Under the pieces are notes generated by a model. That model had not been told where the DNA came from and searched no databases. It worked only from the letters and a program-made list of their open reading frames with translations. DNA of 64,000 nt from Selaginella moellendorffii (taxonomy: Eukaryota > Plantae > Lycopodiophyta), in the NCBI RefSeq assembly GCF_000143415.4, contig NW_003314354.1, positions 38,575 through 102,574 of the forward strand, given 5' to 3'. Below are positions 13,918-25,914 of the stretch, piece after piece. Each line of letters opens with the position of its first letter. The stretch's first letter is position 1. A program made the translations under genes and the position numbers.

Positions 13918-14798
13918 CTAGTCTGGCCAGAAAAGGCCAGTATGACTAAGGAAGGTTATACCCACGTGTTGGGTTATGATATATGTATTAAAGAGTCCAA
14001 GGATAGAGTGAATATGAACAAACAAGTGGAGTAGCTTGGTGAAGTATTTAAGAGCCAACTCTAGTTCCCTCGGAAAATCAAAATGATTAATGCTCCCAAT
14101 CCAAGTGTGGATAGCATTACTTACTTGGATATTTGGCATGGCTCATCAGAACCTCACCCTAGCCATATGGCTAAGGCACCCAAATACAGAAGGTGGGGAG
14201 AGTACCCATGAGGCTCATGTAGGGCCACAGTGTTCTTAAATGTTGTCCCAAAGTCTTGGACTATGGAAAGGAAAAGGAGTAGTCCTCTAGTGTAAAGACC
14301 AATGATATAGTTACATAGTGAGGAAGTTCTAGAGGTTAGTGGGACATAGTGGTTGGGCCTATGAGCCTTGACATAGTGGTAGTGTTGGTAAACACGGCTG
14401 TGGATGGAAAGGGATTTAGTAGGGATTGAAAAAGGAATATTGGGAAAGTTTATTCTCTATGTTTGTAGGCATCCTAAGGATGTTAAGGAGTGGATCTGGA
14501 ATGATCATTCATGGATAGATGACCTAGTCTTTGAGAGACAAGACTGTGGTGTAAATGGTGTTGGACTACCAATTAGATAAGGGTAAATGGACATGGCTTT
14601 AGCACAACAAGCTAATATGTCAATAGTACTTTTGAGGTGTCGATCATAGATCAAGTGTAAATGCTAAGTTGTTTAGATGCTATTCATGGGGTTAATAAGT
14701 CCCTAAGTCCAAAATAGGACTTATGAAGGTTGTGAATGAGACTCCTCTAAATGGTCAGAAGTGTGGTTAAATGACTAAAGTGGATTTAGTCTCTTATA
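13918..14798 (+). repeat. Remainder of the older family-B 3' LTR, split by the 6944-13912 insertion
   Basis: Continues the reverse-complement homology to 6944-7850 after the TSD and ends gatttagtctcttata. Confidence 0.8.
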
Positions 14799-16936
14799 GG
14801 TTTTTGTGATAATCCGTTTACCATATAATTTTCCTCCAATCCAAGAAAGACACTTAACTATAGATTTTACTCCATTTAACATATAGCCCACTCAATTTTA
14901 TGAATCTTTTGTTCTTTAACTTGGAAGCACCTAAGCTCTTGGTTGCTCAGAAGCATTAGTCCTCCTTATTCTCTAATAACATACTCATGCTTGGGATGGT
15001 GCGAATCTGTCAACTGCATCAGCTTAATTGCTTATTGCTTCCTTTTAACAATTTTAAAGTTCCTAGTTAGTTTTGTTGTAGATCAAATTTCAAGATTATC
15101 TAAAGTTGATCTCATCACTTCTGTGAAGTTGTGACTAGGAAATCATATCAATGTTAATAGATAAGCTTACCACTAAATCCTCAAGATTCAGTCCATTTCA
15201 TATAACTTGGCCTTTCATATAAGCATGTATAAAGGCTTGTTGTAAGATAGAAATAACCAAATTGTTCCAGCAAGCTTTAGATAAAAGTATATATTTAAAG
15301 CCACTTGTTTTTGCTAGCCATATCATATAATAACTCTTGGTAAGATTTGTTGTTAGAATTTGGGTAGTAACTATTTTAGAGCTCATCTATAATAGAAAGA
15401 GAATTAATAAAAAGGTCAATGCTACTACTTGCTCATCTAAGAAATAACTAGAGTCTCCCAATGTGGAGAATGAGTAAACCACAATGGCAACCAAGTCTAT
15501 AATATTGGAATTACTTTCTCATACACATTACCTCCAGCCCACCATAAATGTATAAATTTGTATTACTTTTATGTATCTTCTAAAGTGTTTGTAGCTTTTA
15601 ATCTTTGACAAAACTGCTTATACTTATCATGGTAATCAACTCGAATGCATTTCTCTATGTGTTCATATAAACTTTGCTCCCAATGGAAAAGGCAACTCAT
15701 CTCTCAGCCAACTAACACCTTATTTGGACCATCATTGCAGAAAGTTTTATATTTTGTTCAGTAGTGTCCAAAAAGAATTTAAGTTGGCATATCTTCTCCT
15801 TTCATCTCATAAATAGCTATCACCATTAAGGATTACGTTCTACATAATATTATTAATATAATAATTGAATAAATACATATTTACTTTAGATCATACATAG
15901 CAAACATTATAGACCATTCAGGAATTTTGTATGTATAATTGAAGCACACCTAAGAGTATTACAAATCTATATTTGGCTGCATCTGTTTCCAATACCATCC
16001 ACTAACATCTTGAAAATATGATATTGTTCTTTGGCTTCACTTTCAATTAATCCCAAAAAACAATGTTTTAGAAGAAGTTGTAGCTAAACTCATTTTTAAG
16101 CATTAAAGCTATATTGAGACTTAAAGAATTTTTAAAAAAAATGAGATTTCCTTCTAAAGTTTTCTATCATAATTTGCATCCTACAAAGAGGATACTAAAT
16201 GAAGTATCTTCGACCTTGGTTAGTTTGGTTGTTAAAGAGATTTAAGTTGTGCTTCACTCTTTCTTTCTTTTAGCTTTGTTTTGATGTTGATGGCATTGAA
16301 GTAATATCTTGATATTAACATTGACATTGTTGAAGTTGATATTGGAGTTATTTTAAAGTAAGTATAAAATACTATTTCAAATTGACTAGATATTTGTTGG
16401 TAAGTGACGAAAGATTATCTAGAGTTTTGCTCAATTGTTAAGGTAAAAGTGGGATAGTGTTTAAAACTGATCATAAGAAATTTTGAAGAAGTAATCTCTA
16501 TCACTGTAACCCAAAGCAATCCTATACCTTAAGCCCTTTATAACATTTTAACCCGATCAAATTGAAGCTCAAAGAAAATACACAAGGATCCTTTCTCTAT
16601 TAGTGACTCCATTTCTAATGACAACTCTCTCCTTTAATATCTCACTATCGCCATCACCACATCACTCACTATTAGCCATATCTAAAAAGAGGGAAAATCA
16701 AAACACACCTTACAAGAAAAAATCAAGTCATTAATGGCACTAAAGTTTTATAACTATAATTTTATTTCCTTTCTTCAAAATTAATTTAAGGTTTTAAGGT
16801 TAAAATTAGGTTAGGGTTTTTGGCAGCTAGGGTTTCTTAGCATGGTGAGCAAAGCAAGCACATAGGTAAGAAACACTCACTTGTCATTGCCGCAAAAATG
16901 ACCATAGCATTCAATTTGCTCAATTTGCTGCGGGAA

Positions 16937-17745
16937 TGTCGCGAATGTGACTTCAAGTATTGAAAATTACTTGTCAGCTAGTCCTTATGGACACTCTTCC
17001 TTTACTACCACGACGGCAAGAGGTCGGTACTGCTAGACCCTTTATCAATCCTTCTTGTGCTAGTGGAGTTAACTGAGCATTTCAAGTGTACTTAGACCGG
17101 ACGAACATAAGGATGGAATTTTTACGTGTTATTAACTAAGCATACTTAGCTCTATAAGGAGTTCCCGTCTCATTTTGTCTTGCACTTGCTAGTGACAAGA
17201 ACCCTCGCATATTGAGATTAGTCCTTCAATATTGCTAGATGATAACTTACTATATCTACCAAACACCTTTGCTATCATGTCTTTTAGTTTTATTTCGGTC
17301 CCAAATGCTATTTATGGAAAGTGTCTAGATTTGCTCATTTGGCATATTTACGGAATGTAGAGATTGGTCTAAACACAATGGCGTTCGTCCCATATCCAAA
17401 TTCGCAATCTAACACTATTCCATATTTAGTAAGTGTCAAGCTTATCCTAGAGATTAACTCTTGATACTAAGGGAGGCTTGGGGTGAAAGCCCAAAGTGTG
17501 TGTTCCTTAGGGGGGGTGGGAGGGGGGTTGTGGGGGGTTCCAAATGTATAGTAAGGATAGTGGGTAGGTTGGGCATGGCCGACCAACCTGAGGCATAGTC
17601 TAGCTTCTGCTTGTGGCCTATCCTTGTTCTGCATCCTACAACACGTGGCATGTGACATGTGGCATATGGAGGGTTTAGGTTTTGCTTTGTGGTTATCCTA
17701 TGGTAATTCACCATAGGATAAAGGGTAAAAACCACATGCGCTACA
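16937..17745 (+). repeat. 5' LTR of family-A element
   Basis: tgtcgcgaatgtg...cacatgcgctaca, followed by the PBS. Homologous to rc(25350-25914) and 47174-47299. Confidence 0.85.
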
Positions 17746-18576
17746 TTTGGTATAAGAGAAAGAGTCTCGGCAAGTACTATCCAATGAGATTGGGCAACTA
17801 GTCTCATTGCATACGCAAAGATGAAAACGATGATCCGAGTGGGTACACATTTGGGTGCAAAGGCTTTGCAATGGTTCCTTGAGTACAGATTTGGTTACCT
17901 TTTTGTTCCATACTATGTGAGCTTGCGCTTGGGCTCATAAGAGGGATTGAGTAAGGCATATTAGCACAAGTTTTCGCTTGGACTCATAAGTGAGGCACAT
18001 TAGCAACTCAAGGTTACACTTTGAGTTGGCAGAATTAATGTTAACCTATTAGTGATTCCATGAGTTGTTCCAGTGGTTCCATGAGTTGTTCCATATACCA
18101 TGGGTGAAAGTAAACTTTCCCTGGGTTTGTTATGAGTGGCAAATAGGCTGGTCCATAGCTATTTAACACGGCACTAGTGGATCTTTCCTAGGCATGATTA
18201 CAAGTGAATCAATCAAGACTGTAGGGATTAGTCTATTGGTTCAAGTAGTCATTGCCATGCTCTCTCATAAACTTTTCTTGGATTAGACTGAAAGTAGTGC
18301 AAACACAAACTTAAGGTTTGGTCAAAGATGAGACCGAAAAGAGAGTCCTCAGGGATGAAGGATCAAACACGTAAATCATCTTCTTTTTTTAGAGAGATAA
18401 TTTACAATGAGGAGTTAACTCATTGCTCGTGTTCACATCGTGCAATCAAGAGTCCCTATCTTCATGCTGTTGGGTATAATGGTTTTACAAGTGGTGAGTT
18501 GTGGGATGGATAGTGGTGAAGTGCTAAACCATCTTGTCTAGGCTTGCTATTGAAGAATTAGGTTGCAATGCTCAAT

Positions 18577-18601
18577 TAAGCTCTATTTTGTTAAAGTGGG
18601 A
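18577..18601 (+). repeat. TIR (end B) of DNA transposon copy 1
   Basis: taagctctattttgttaaagtggga, one mismatch to the other three TIRs; preceded by AT. Confidence 0.92.
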
Positions 18602-19019
18602 ATTGTCATTATCCCACTTGTAAAATAAGGTTTCCAAACCTTTATATAGTATATAAATATAACAAAATTCAACTACATTGAGGCACATGCCATTTTATTT
18701 TAAACAAGGAAATGTCTACTCAATCACTTCTCCTCCCCCTGCCACTGCTTCACCTCTCTCTTCTCCTTGTCATCGTCGTCCAATTTCTTTCCATCCTTTT
18801 AATATTGGCTCAGTTGCTCCGAGTCTAGGTGGAGCCCAAGTCCCCATTCAATCTTTACTTTCCCATTATTAATAAAACAACTTCGTAGACTTCCAATAAC
18901 ATGCTGTAACACTTCTAGTATAATGCAAATCCTCTCAAATAATTGTCTTTTAATATTAATACAATGGCATGGCACCCCATGCCATAATAAGTTACATTTT
19001 TAAATAAATACATGCCATC

Positions 19020-22000
19020 TCAGACTGTTATTTTTTGCCTCCAACGCCTATACAATAATCTTGGAATTTCATCACTCTCCATACTATCAGGATTTAAACC
19101 CAATAGTAATGCCATCTCTTCTCTAATATGTCCACGCTCATGTTCAGTGGTCGAAGAACCCATCCGGTTGAGCAGATTATGGAGATGCGGATAGTGCTTG
19201 GCTAGACAATATACATGCCATAAATGATGACTGGTGTCTGTCCGATCAAATGGCTTCTGATATACCGTTCCATCTGCCATTTGGTTGATTTCTGCAGCCA
19301 CCTCCTGGACTGGCCGGTTCTCTATCACCATCGCTCCAAGCCGTTTTGCAAGGTCCCCCAGAACATACGGTTTCTTCTCCCTAGTTTCCATACTGCAAGA
19401 GATGGGGTGCACTGCATATGTGTGCGTGTTCGCTGCAGTTTTAATCGGCGAGTCATCGATGATAAGGATTTCACTTGAGCTAGCAGTCCGGTTCATCACT
19501 ACAGCCTCTGGCTTGACGAAGATGGGCTTGCTACCCCTCACATGGACCATAGTCAAGCAATCCTCCTGCGTTAGGAGAAAGTCAAATGGTAATATTATTC
19601 GTGTCTGATCGTGCATCATCTGTAGCAACGTTAATGCATTGTGGCGCATCATGGATGTCCAAACTCCCAATTGCAAATTGAACCCGGCCCTCTGTTTTAA
19701 GTGTCGCATGGTCATTATTAGATCCCGCAGTTTCTCCCGTGTGATTAATGTGAATCTGTCTCTTTTGACCAACTTGCGACCGCAGGCTTTGGAGGGTGCA
19801 ATGACATTCGAGGACGAGCCACGCTCATGGGAGAAAAGGACACCGTTCAGATCAAAAACGATACAGTACCTTCGCCGTGACTCTGAAATGAAATGCGTCA
19901 GCATAAAAAATGGTACAAGTCAATTTTACCATCTACAATATTAGCGAATGTTGCTCCCGATGGTCGTTGAGAGGGTTTTGGTCGAGGAAACGTGAAGGGC
20001 GGAAATACTCTCCTCTGCAATGTGGGGTCAATCGCATCCGATGGCGTGTGGGCACATGCCATTTCAGTTGTAGACTCTGGTACAACTGGCTCAACAGTGG
20101 CATGGGGTGGTTCCGATGGCATGTGATCACACGCCATTTCAGCTGGTGCCTCCGTTGGCAAAGTGGACATGACCGAACAGGCAGTAGGGGCGGTGTAGGG
20201 AGGTTCCAACGGCGCGTAGTCAGATGATTGGGCACACGTTGGGTCCGTTGGAAATGAGGATACGACCGGCTCGGCGGCTGGGGCGGCCTCATGTGGGTCC
20301 AATGGCGCCTGGTCACCGTCAGTTGGATACGTGGACAAGATTGACTCAGTGGTATGGGCAGCATCAAGTGGAGCATGGTCAACTTGCTTGGCGTTGATAT
20401 GGATAGTAGCCTCCACCAGCTCTGATGACTCTTGTAGCCAAGTAGAGTCCACTGGCGGATCCATATGCATGTCCAAATATCTCCCTTCGATTGAGATGGT
20501 ATCCTCCCGTGCTACTAAAAACAAACTCATTAGCACATTGAATCGACTATACTGTATTTACCATCAACTGCTATTGAGGAACTAGGACCGATATCAGTTG
20601 GGCGCACTGCTGATTCTGAAGGATTGGACATACGTTTCGACCCTTGCTTGGCACTATCCTTCCTCGACACTAAAGGCTAGAGTTTGTAAATTCAACTGAA
20701 TAATCTCTACTTACCATTTGCTCTACGACCTACATGGACAATGTTAGAAATGGTAAAAGGTTAGGAATGGATGTAGTATTATTTACCTGATGGTTTGTCT
20801 TGTATGACCTTCCTCCGCTGCTCTTTGGCCACCTCAGGCTGGCCATTGTCGTCATCATCGTCGTCGTCGTTATTGTGATCGTCACCATTGTGAGGACCAT
20901 CTAAGTCCTCTTCGTCCTCCTCTTCTTCGTCCTCCTCTTCTTTGTCCTCCTCTTCGTCCTTCTGCTCTTCCTGCTCATTATCTTTCTCTGGCTCCTCATC
21001 CCCCTCCTGCATTTCTTCCATAGGCTACTCAGGCTGGATGGCTTGTTCTTCCAGGACCATCTTGGGAAAATCATCTGGCCGAGTCTCCATCTCAAAATAC
21101 AAGACATCCATAGCCTGTTTTAGTGCGTGACCTAGGACTGTATCCTCACCCGACTGTCTTAACATGGTTTCTGCACGTTCTTGCACCCTTCGAAGACGAC
21201 GAGATGAGAAAAATGTGGCCCTGACTTGAAAAGCTTCCCTCATCCATTGTACCTCTCCATTGAGATTGGGGAAGGGGAGTCTGCCATAGGAATCTGAGTC
21301 ATGAGGTGGTGACTGCCTGCTTTCACTCAGCCCTTGATCTGCAATGAATGGCATGAGCACACATGCCATAACCGCGAGGCATTACCTATCATCTTTTCGT
21401 TGCCCTTCTTCCTTTTCAAATCAAACGCCTCTGATCTCGACGACTATCCAACGTGCTTTCGCTTTTTATGACCACTGTCAGTTTGAGCTTGGCTGGTGCT
21501 TGCCTGTTTTGCCTTTGAAGAAGTTTCTCCTGCAAGGAATGGCATGAGACCACACGCCATTGCAAATATAATTTGTACCTCCTTTTTTCCTATTGCTTGT
21601 CTGTTTGTCCTTCTTCGATGCGCCACCAGTGTGCTTTTCAGTCCTCGTGTCTGAATATTCACAACGATCTATAATCAAAATGGCGTGAGGCCTCACGTGA
21701 CCTTACCTTGTGCAGGTTGTGAGCTCGGCCCAACATGGGTATCTTCAACAGTAGCTGTTAACGCCGTTTCAGCATCTGGGGGTGGCCACGCTCCTGCATA
21801 CAGAGCTTGTAAGATAACATTTAAACTTAAAGTGTGTACTCACCAAGTTCGCAGAGAAGATACTGTTTTTCTTTGGCAACTGTAATTATATGCTCCATTG
21901 AAGTCACCTCTTCAATGGAGTTTGTCACCGCAACACACGGGACACCCTTGAGTAGTGCGGCTCGAAAGAATAGTCTGCCGCAGTTGTACTCGACAACGCA

Positions 22001-22482
22001 TTGCCCTTGGAGTCGGAAGCAGGTGACCCACCCGCTATTGCGTTGAAGACCCAGCTGAGCATTTCCCATGCTGCACCTGGAGCTTTCTTTGGATTCGAAA
22101 GCTCCATAGCCGTCTTCAGTTCCTTAGGCACGGGTAAATTGACCTCCCTCAGATCAATTCGATTGGCCTTGTCGAACGAAGCTGGGAAGTCACTCCAGTC
22201 CCACTCTGCTGCAAGACCAATAACAAGGGCGAGTGTGAAGATGCGGACATTCGTCGGTATCTTCTTCTTAGCCATTATCCCATGGATCTCCCGCATCTCC
22301 TTGCCTTTCAACCGAGCCTTCACCTCGTTCAAGGCCTTCCAGAACTTGTGATAGGATTCGGAGTCGTAGATCATATAGTGGACTGAAGATTCCACCTCCG
22401 CAAGTCCCACCATTAAGTCAATGATGGAGCTGAATTCGTCTGCATGAGTGATCTCCTCGTTTGTGAAGTCCATCACACAAAA
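19020..22482 (-). pseudogene. 3' exons of the transposon accessory gene, copy 1: MTase-like C-part, acidic linker, FCP1/NIF HAD domain (last exon 19882-19020)
   Basis: HAD motifs CIVFDLNGVLF, LGVWTS, IFVK and LIIDDSPIK. GT-AG phase-1 introns link the ORFs. Nonsense codons at ~21444 and ~21022. Confidence 0.8.
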
Positions 22483-24805
22483 CTTGTTACTATTCCAACA
22501 AAGTATATACAATCGACGTGAGCCGTATCGACATCCAAAGCAAATACAACCACAGGCTAGTATCTGATGAGTGGGTGGAGAAACTGAAGCAGAAGATGCT
22601 GGCAAGTCCAGTAACACCCGACATCGCAGACGTGATCCCCTACTACCGAACAATGAAGGGCGAGACGAGGTTTCCAGACTTGATCAATAGGAAGGTGTTG
22701 GATGATCAGAACATCCGGTTCTATGCCATCTCCGGGCAGCATTCTAGCTTGGCGATGCAAGAGATAGTTGTGGATATTATGGTGGGCGAGGAGGTGAAGA
22801 AAGTCTTCAAGACAAGAGTTGTCCGCCTGATAAAAGGCAACTCGCCCCTCCGATCTATCATATACATCTCCCACGCGCAGAATGTCAAGCAAGAAACGTG
22901 CTACAAATTGGGTCTGCACGAGACATTGGCACGAACACGGAAGCTCTGGGTTCAACTGAAGAAGCCACAAAAACCAGGACAAGGACGTGCACTAGCAACT
23001 AGCGCCTGGCAGGTAAGCCTCGTTGCATGTGGCATAGCATGTGGCCTCACGCCATTTCCATTGCAGGAATTCTCGAGTCTTCTCTCGAAAACACTGGGGG
23101 TCAATGACACACTCAGCATCCATAACATTCTACTCGCGACAAAAGTTGTTTTTGACAAATGGGTAGATGTGCTGAGGAGGTACCATGACGGGGAGTTACT
23201 AAACTCAATGGGTGTGGAGGACGGCCGGAAGCCCAATGATTTGAAGCTCAACGCCTTGCGTTTCTTGCGGTCTCTAGACGACGACGACCTTCTGATAGTG
23301 GCTAATGCTCTTCTACGTGGTGAGGTAGTCTTCAACAAGACCAAAATGATTCTCGGCCATATTGTGACATACGAGGACTTGTGCACGACTCTGAGAGCTC
23401 GTGCACTATTGAAGGATTGGATCTTCGAGCAAGTGGCCGTGGAGAGGGTGAGCATTGACACCACGCAAGAGATGATGGAAGCGCTAGATTTGTCAAATGA
23501 AGACATCGACGAGTACGTGAAGGGGGCCCCCAAGTTCATCGATCTGCTGCGGGATGCCACGAAAAGTAAAGCTGAGAAGTTGGATCAGTATCCAAATTTC
23601 ATTAAGAGTGATGTCGACCGCTGGGTTCAGAAACAACTCGACCCCGCAGCAGAGGCCTATCGAGAACCTTACCGGGTGTACTTGAATTCGGATGAGGATC
23701 AAAGGTGGAGGAGCATCGTTTCCCGCGGAGATGAGCAGGTCAAGAACATCTTTTGTGTGATGGACTTCACAAATGAGGAGATCACTCATGCAGACGAAGT
23801 TAGCTCCATCATTGACTTAATGGTGGGACTTGCGGAGGTGGAATCTTCAGTCCACTATATGATCTACGACTCCGAATCCTATCACAAGTTCTGGAAGGCC
23901 TTGAACGAGGTGAAGGCTCGGTTGAAAGGCACGGAGATGCGGGAGATCCATGGGATAATGGCTAAGAAGAAGATACCGACGAATATTCGCATCTTCACAC
24001 TCGCCCTTGTTATTGGTCCTGCAGCAGAGTGGGACTGGAGTGACTTCCCAGCTTCGTTCGACAAGGCCGATCAAATTGATCTGAGGGAGGTCAATTTACC
24101 TGTGCCTGAGGAACTGAAGACGGCTATGGAGCTTTCGAATCCAAAGAAAGCTCCAGGTGCAGCATTGGAAATGCTCAGCTGGGTCTTCAACGCAATAGCG
24201 GGTGGGTCACCTGCTTCCGACTCCAAGGGCAAATGCGTTGTCGAGTACAACTGCGGCAGACTATTCTTTCGAGCCGCACTACTCAAGGGTGTCCCGTGTG
24301 TTGCGGTGACAAACTCCATTGAAGAGGTGACTTCAATGGAGCATATAATTACAGTTGCCAAAGAAAAACAGTATCTTCTCTGCGAACCTGGTGAGTACGC
24401 ACTTTAAGTTTAAATGTTATCTCACAAGCTCTGTATGCAGGAGCGTGGCCACCCCTAGATGTTGAAACGGCGTTAACAGCTATTGTTGAAGATACCCATG
24501 TTGGGCCAAGCTCATAACCTGCACAAGGTAAAGTCATGTGAGGCCTCACGCCATTTTGATTATAGATCGTTGTGAATATTCAGACACGAGGACTGAAAAG
24601 CGCACTGGTGGCGCGTCGAAGAAGGACAAACAGACAAGCAATAGGAAAAAAGGAGGTACAAATTATATTTGCAATGGCATGTGGTCTCATGCCATTCCTT
24701 GCAGGAGACACTTCTTCAAAGGCAAAACAGGCAAGCACCAGCCAAGCTCAAACTGACAGTGGTCATAAAAAGCGAAAGCACGTTGGACAGTCGTCGGGAT
24801 CAGAG
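22483..24805 (+). pseudogene. Middle exons of the accessory gene, copy 2: ParB-like and methyltransferase-like regions
   Basis: ORF 22518-24407 carries YNHRLVSDEWVEKLK...FYAISGQHSSLAM and GKCVVEYNCG..FFRAALLKG. Introns at 23013-23066, 24391-24440, 24528-24565 and 24656-24704. Stop TAA at 24515. Confidence 0.78.
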
Positions 24806-25274
24806 TATGAATGTTATTTAGTTTCATGAAAATACACTAAGGGTCAAATGAGTTAAATGACTTCTCCAGACTAGCAATGCCTCTTGCTACACCTTCACAA
24901 TTAGATTCGTTAGAAAAAGATAACATTGAATAATATCTAAATGTTCTCACCATTAAGTTATATGTCTGGCTAATAGGAATGACGTTCATCTTGGAAAGCT
25001 CACCATACGCTCAATGAACAAACAAATAGTGTGTGCGTGCATGCCATCACTCTTCTTTAGCTTCAGATTCGGCTTGTTCACCTTGACAATGAGATTTATT
25101 ATACAACCAGATGGACTCAGTCTGGACACAAAGTCACCGCGCTAGTCACCATGCCCCAGATATGTCTAGCCCCTGGACAAAAAACATATAATTTCACGTC
25201 ATTTTCAAATACTTGAAAATTTGTACCTAGTCCCATTTTACTGAATAAATCCCACTTTAACGAAATAGAGCTTA
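24806..25274 (-). mobile_element. A-end of DNA transposon copy 2, with TIR at 25250-25274
   Basis: Inverted near-identical copy of 30081-30549. Ends tcccactttaacgaaatagagctta, followed by GA (rc TC). Confidence 0.9.
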
Positions 25275-25349
25275 GATAAAATAGCCATTAAGGGCTCTCT
25301 TATCAAGCAATTGCCCCTTTTCCAGTTGACTTAAGAGGAGAGGAACACA

Positions 25350-25914
25350 TTGCCCCCCCTAAGGAACACATGCTTTGGGCTTTCACCCCAAGCATCCTTT
25401 AGTATAGTCTTTGGGATAAGCTTGAAACTTACTAAATATGGAATGGCACTAGATTGTGAATTTGAACACGGGACAAACACCATTGTGTTCAGGCCAATCT
25501 CTACATTCTGTAGATATGCCAAATGAGCAAATTTAGACACTTTCCATAAATAGTATTTAGGACTGAAATGATATTAATACAAAGGGCATGATAAGACACA
25601 ATAAGCTATCATTTAGCAATATTGAGGGACTAGTTTTAATACATGAGGGTTTTTGTCACTAGCAAGTGCAAGACAAAACAAGATGGGAACTCCTTATTGG
25701 GTTAAGTATGCTTAGCTAATAACACGTAGGAATTCCATCCTTATACTCGTCTAGTCTAAGTGCACTTGAAATGCCCAATTAACTCCACTAGCACAAGAGG
25801 GATTAATAAAGGGTCCAGCAATACCGACCTCTTGCCATCGTGGCAGTAAGGGAAGAGTGTTTGAAAGGACTGGCTGACAAATAACTTTCGATACCCAAAG
25901 TCACATTCACAACA
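25350..25914 (-). repeat. First part of the family-A 3' LTR (inverted)
   Basis: rc begins tgttgtgaatgtg after PPT gggggggagag (rc from 25915). Homologous to 16937-17516. Confidence 0.85.

Larger units (their letters stand above)
18577..22482 (-). mobile_element. DNA transposon copy 1, B-end part (the rest is 30081-36739, displaced by inversion)
   Basis: Inverted homologue of 23751-24805 plus 43749-46584. Joins rc(36739) with 9 bp missing. Confidence 0.88.

Noticed and set aside
14800-16930. Possible decayed DNA-transposon coding region (also 47300-51500)
   Set aside because: It looks like eroded coding DNA, but I could not identify a diagnostic motif or termini.
18575-18580. PIF/Harbinger (TAA/TTA) or Tc1/mariner (TA) assignment
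   Set aside because: TAA/TTA is inverted at the two ends, so it belongs to the TIR. The empty paralogous site favours a TC duplication, and the transposase motifs match neither superfamily.
21925-22653. ORF 21925-22653 and the C-terminus of ORF 34811-36841 as real proteins
   Set aside because: They are chimeric read-throughs across the inversion junctions at 22482 and 36738.
18577-25274. Treating 18577-25274 and 30081-46584 as the original transposon units
   Set aside because: The flanks do not pair that way. TSDs and host sequences pair 18577 with 30081 and 25274 with 46584.
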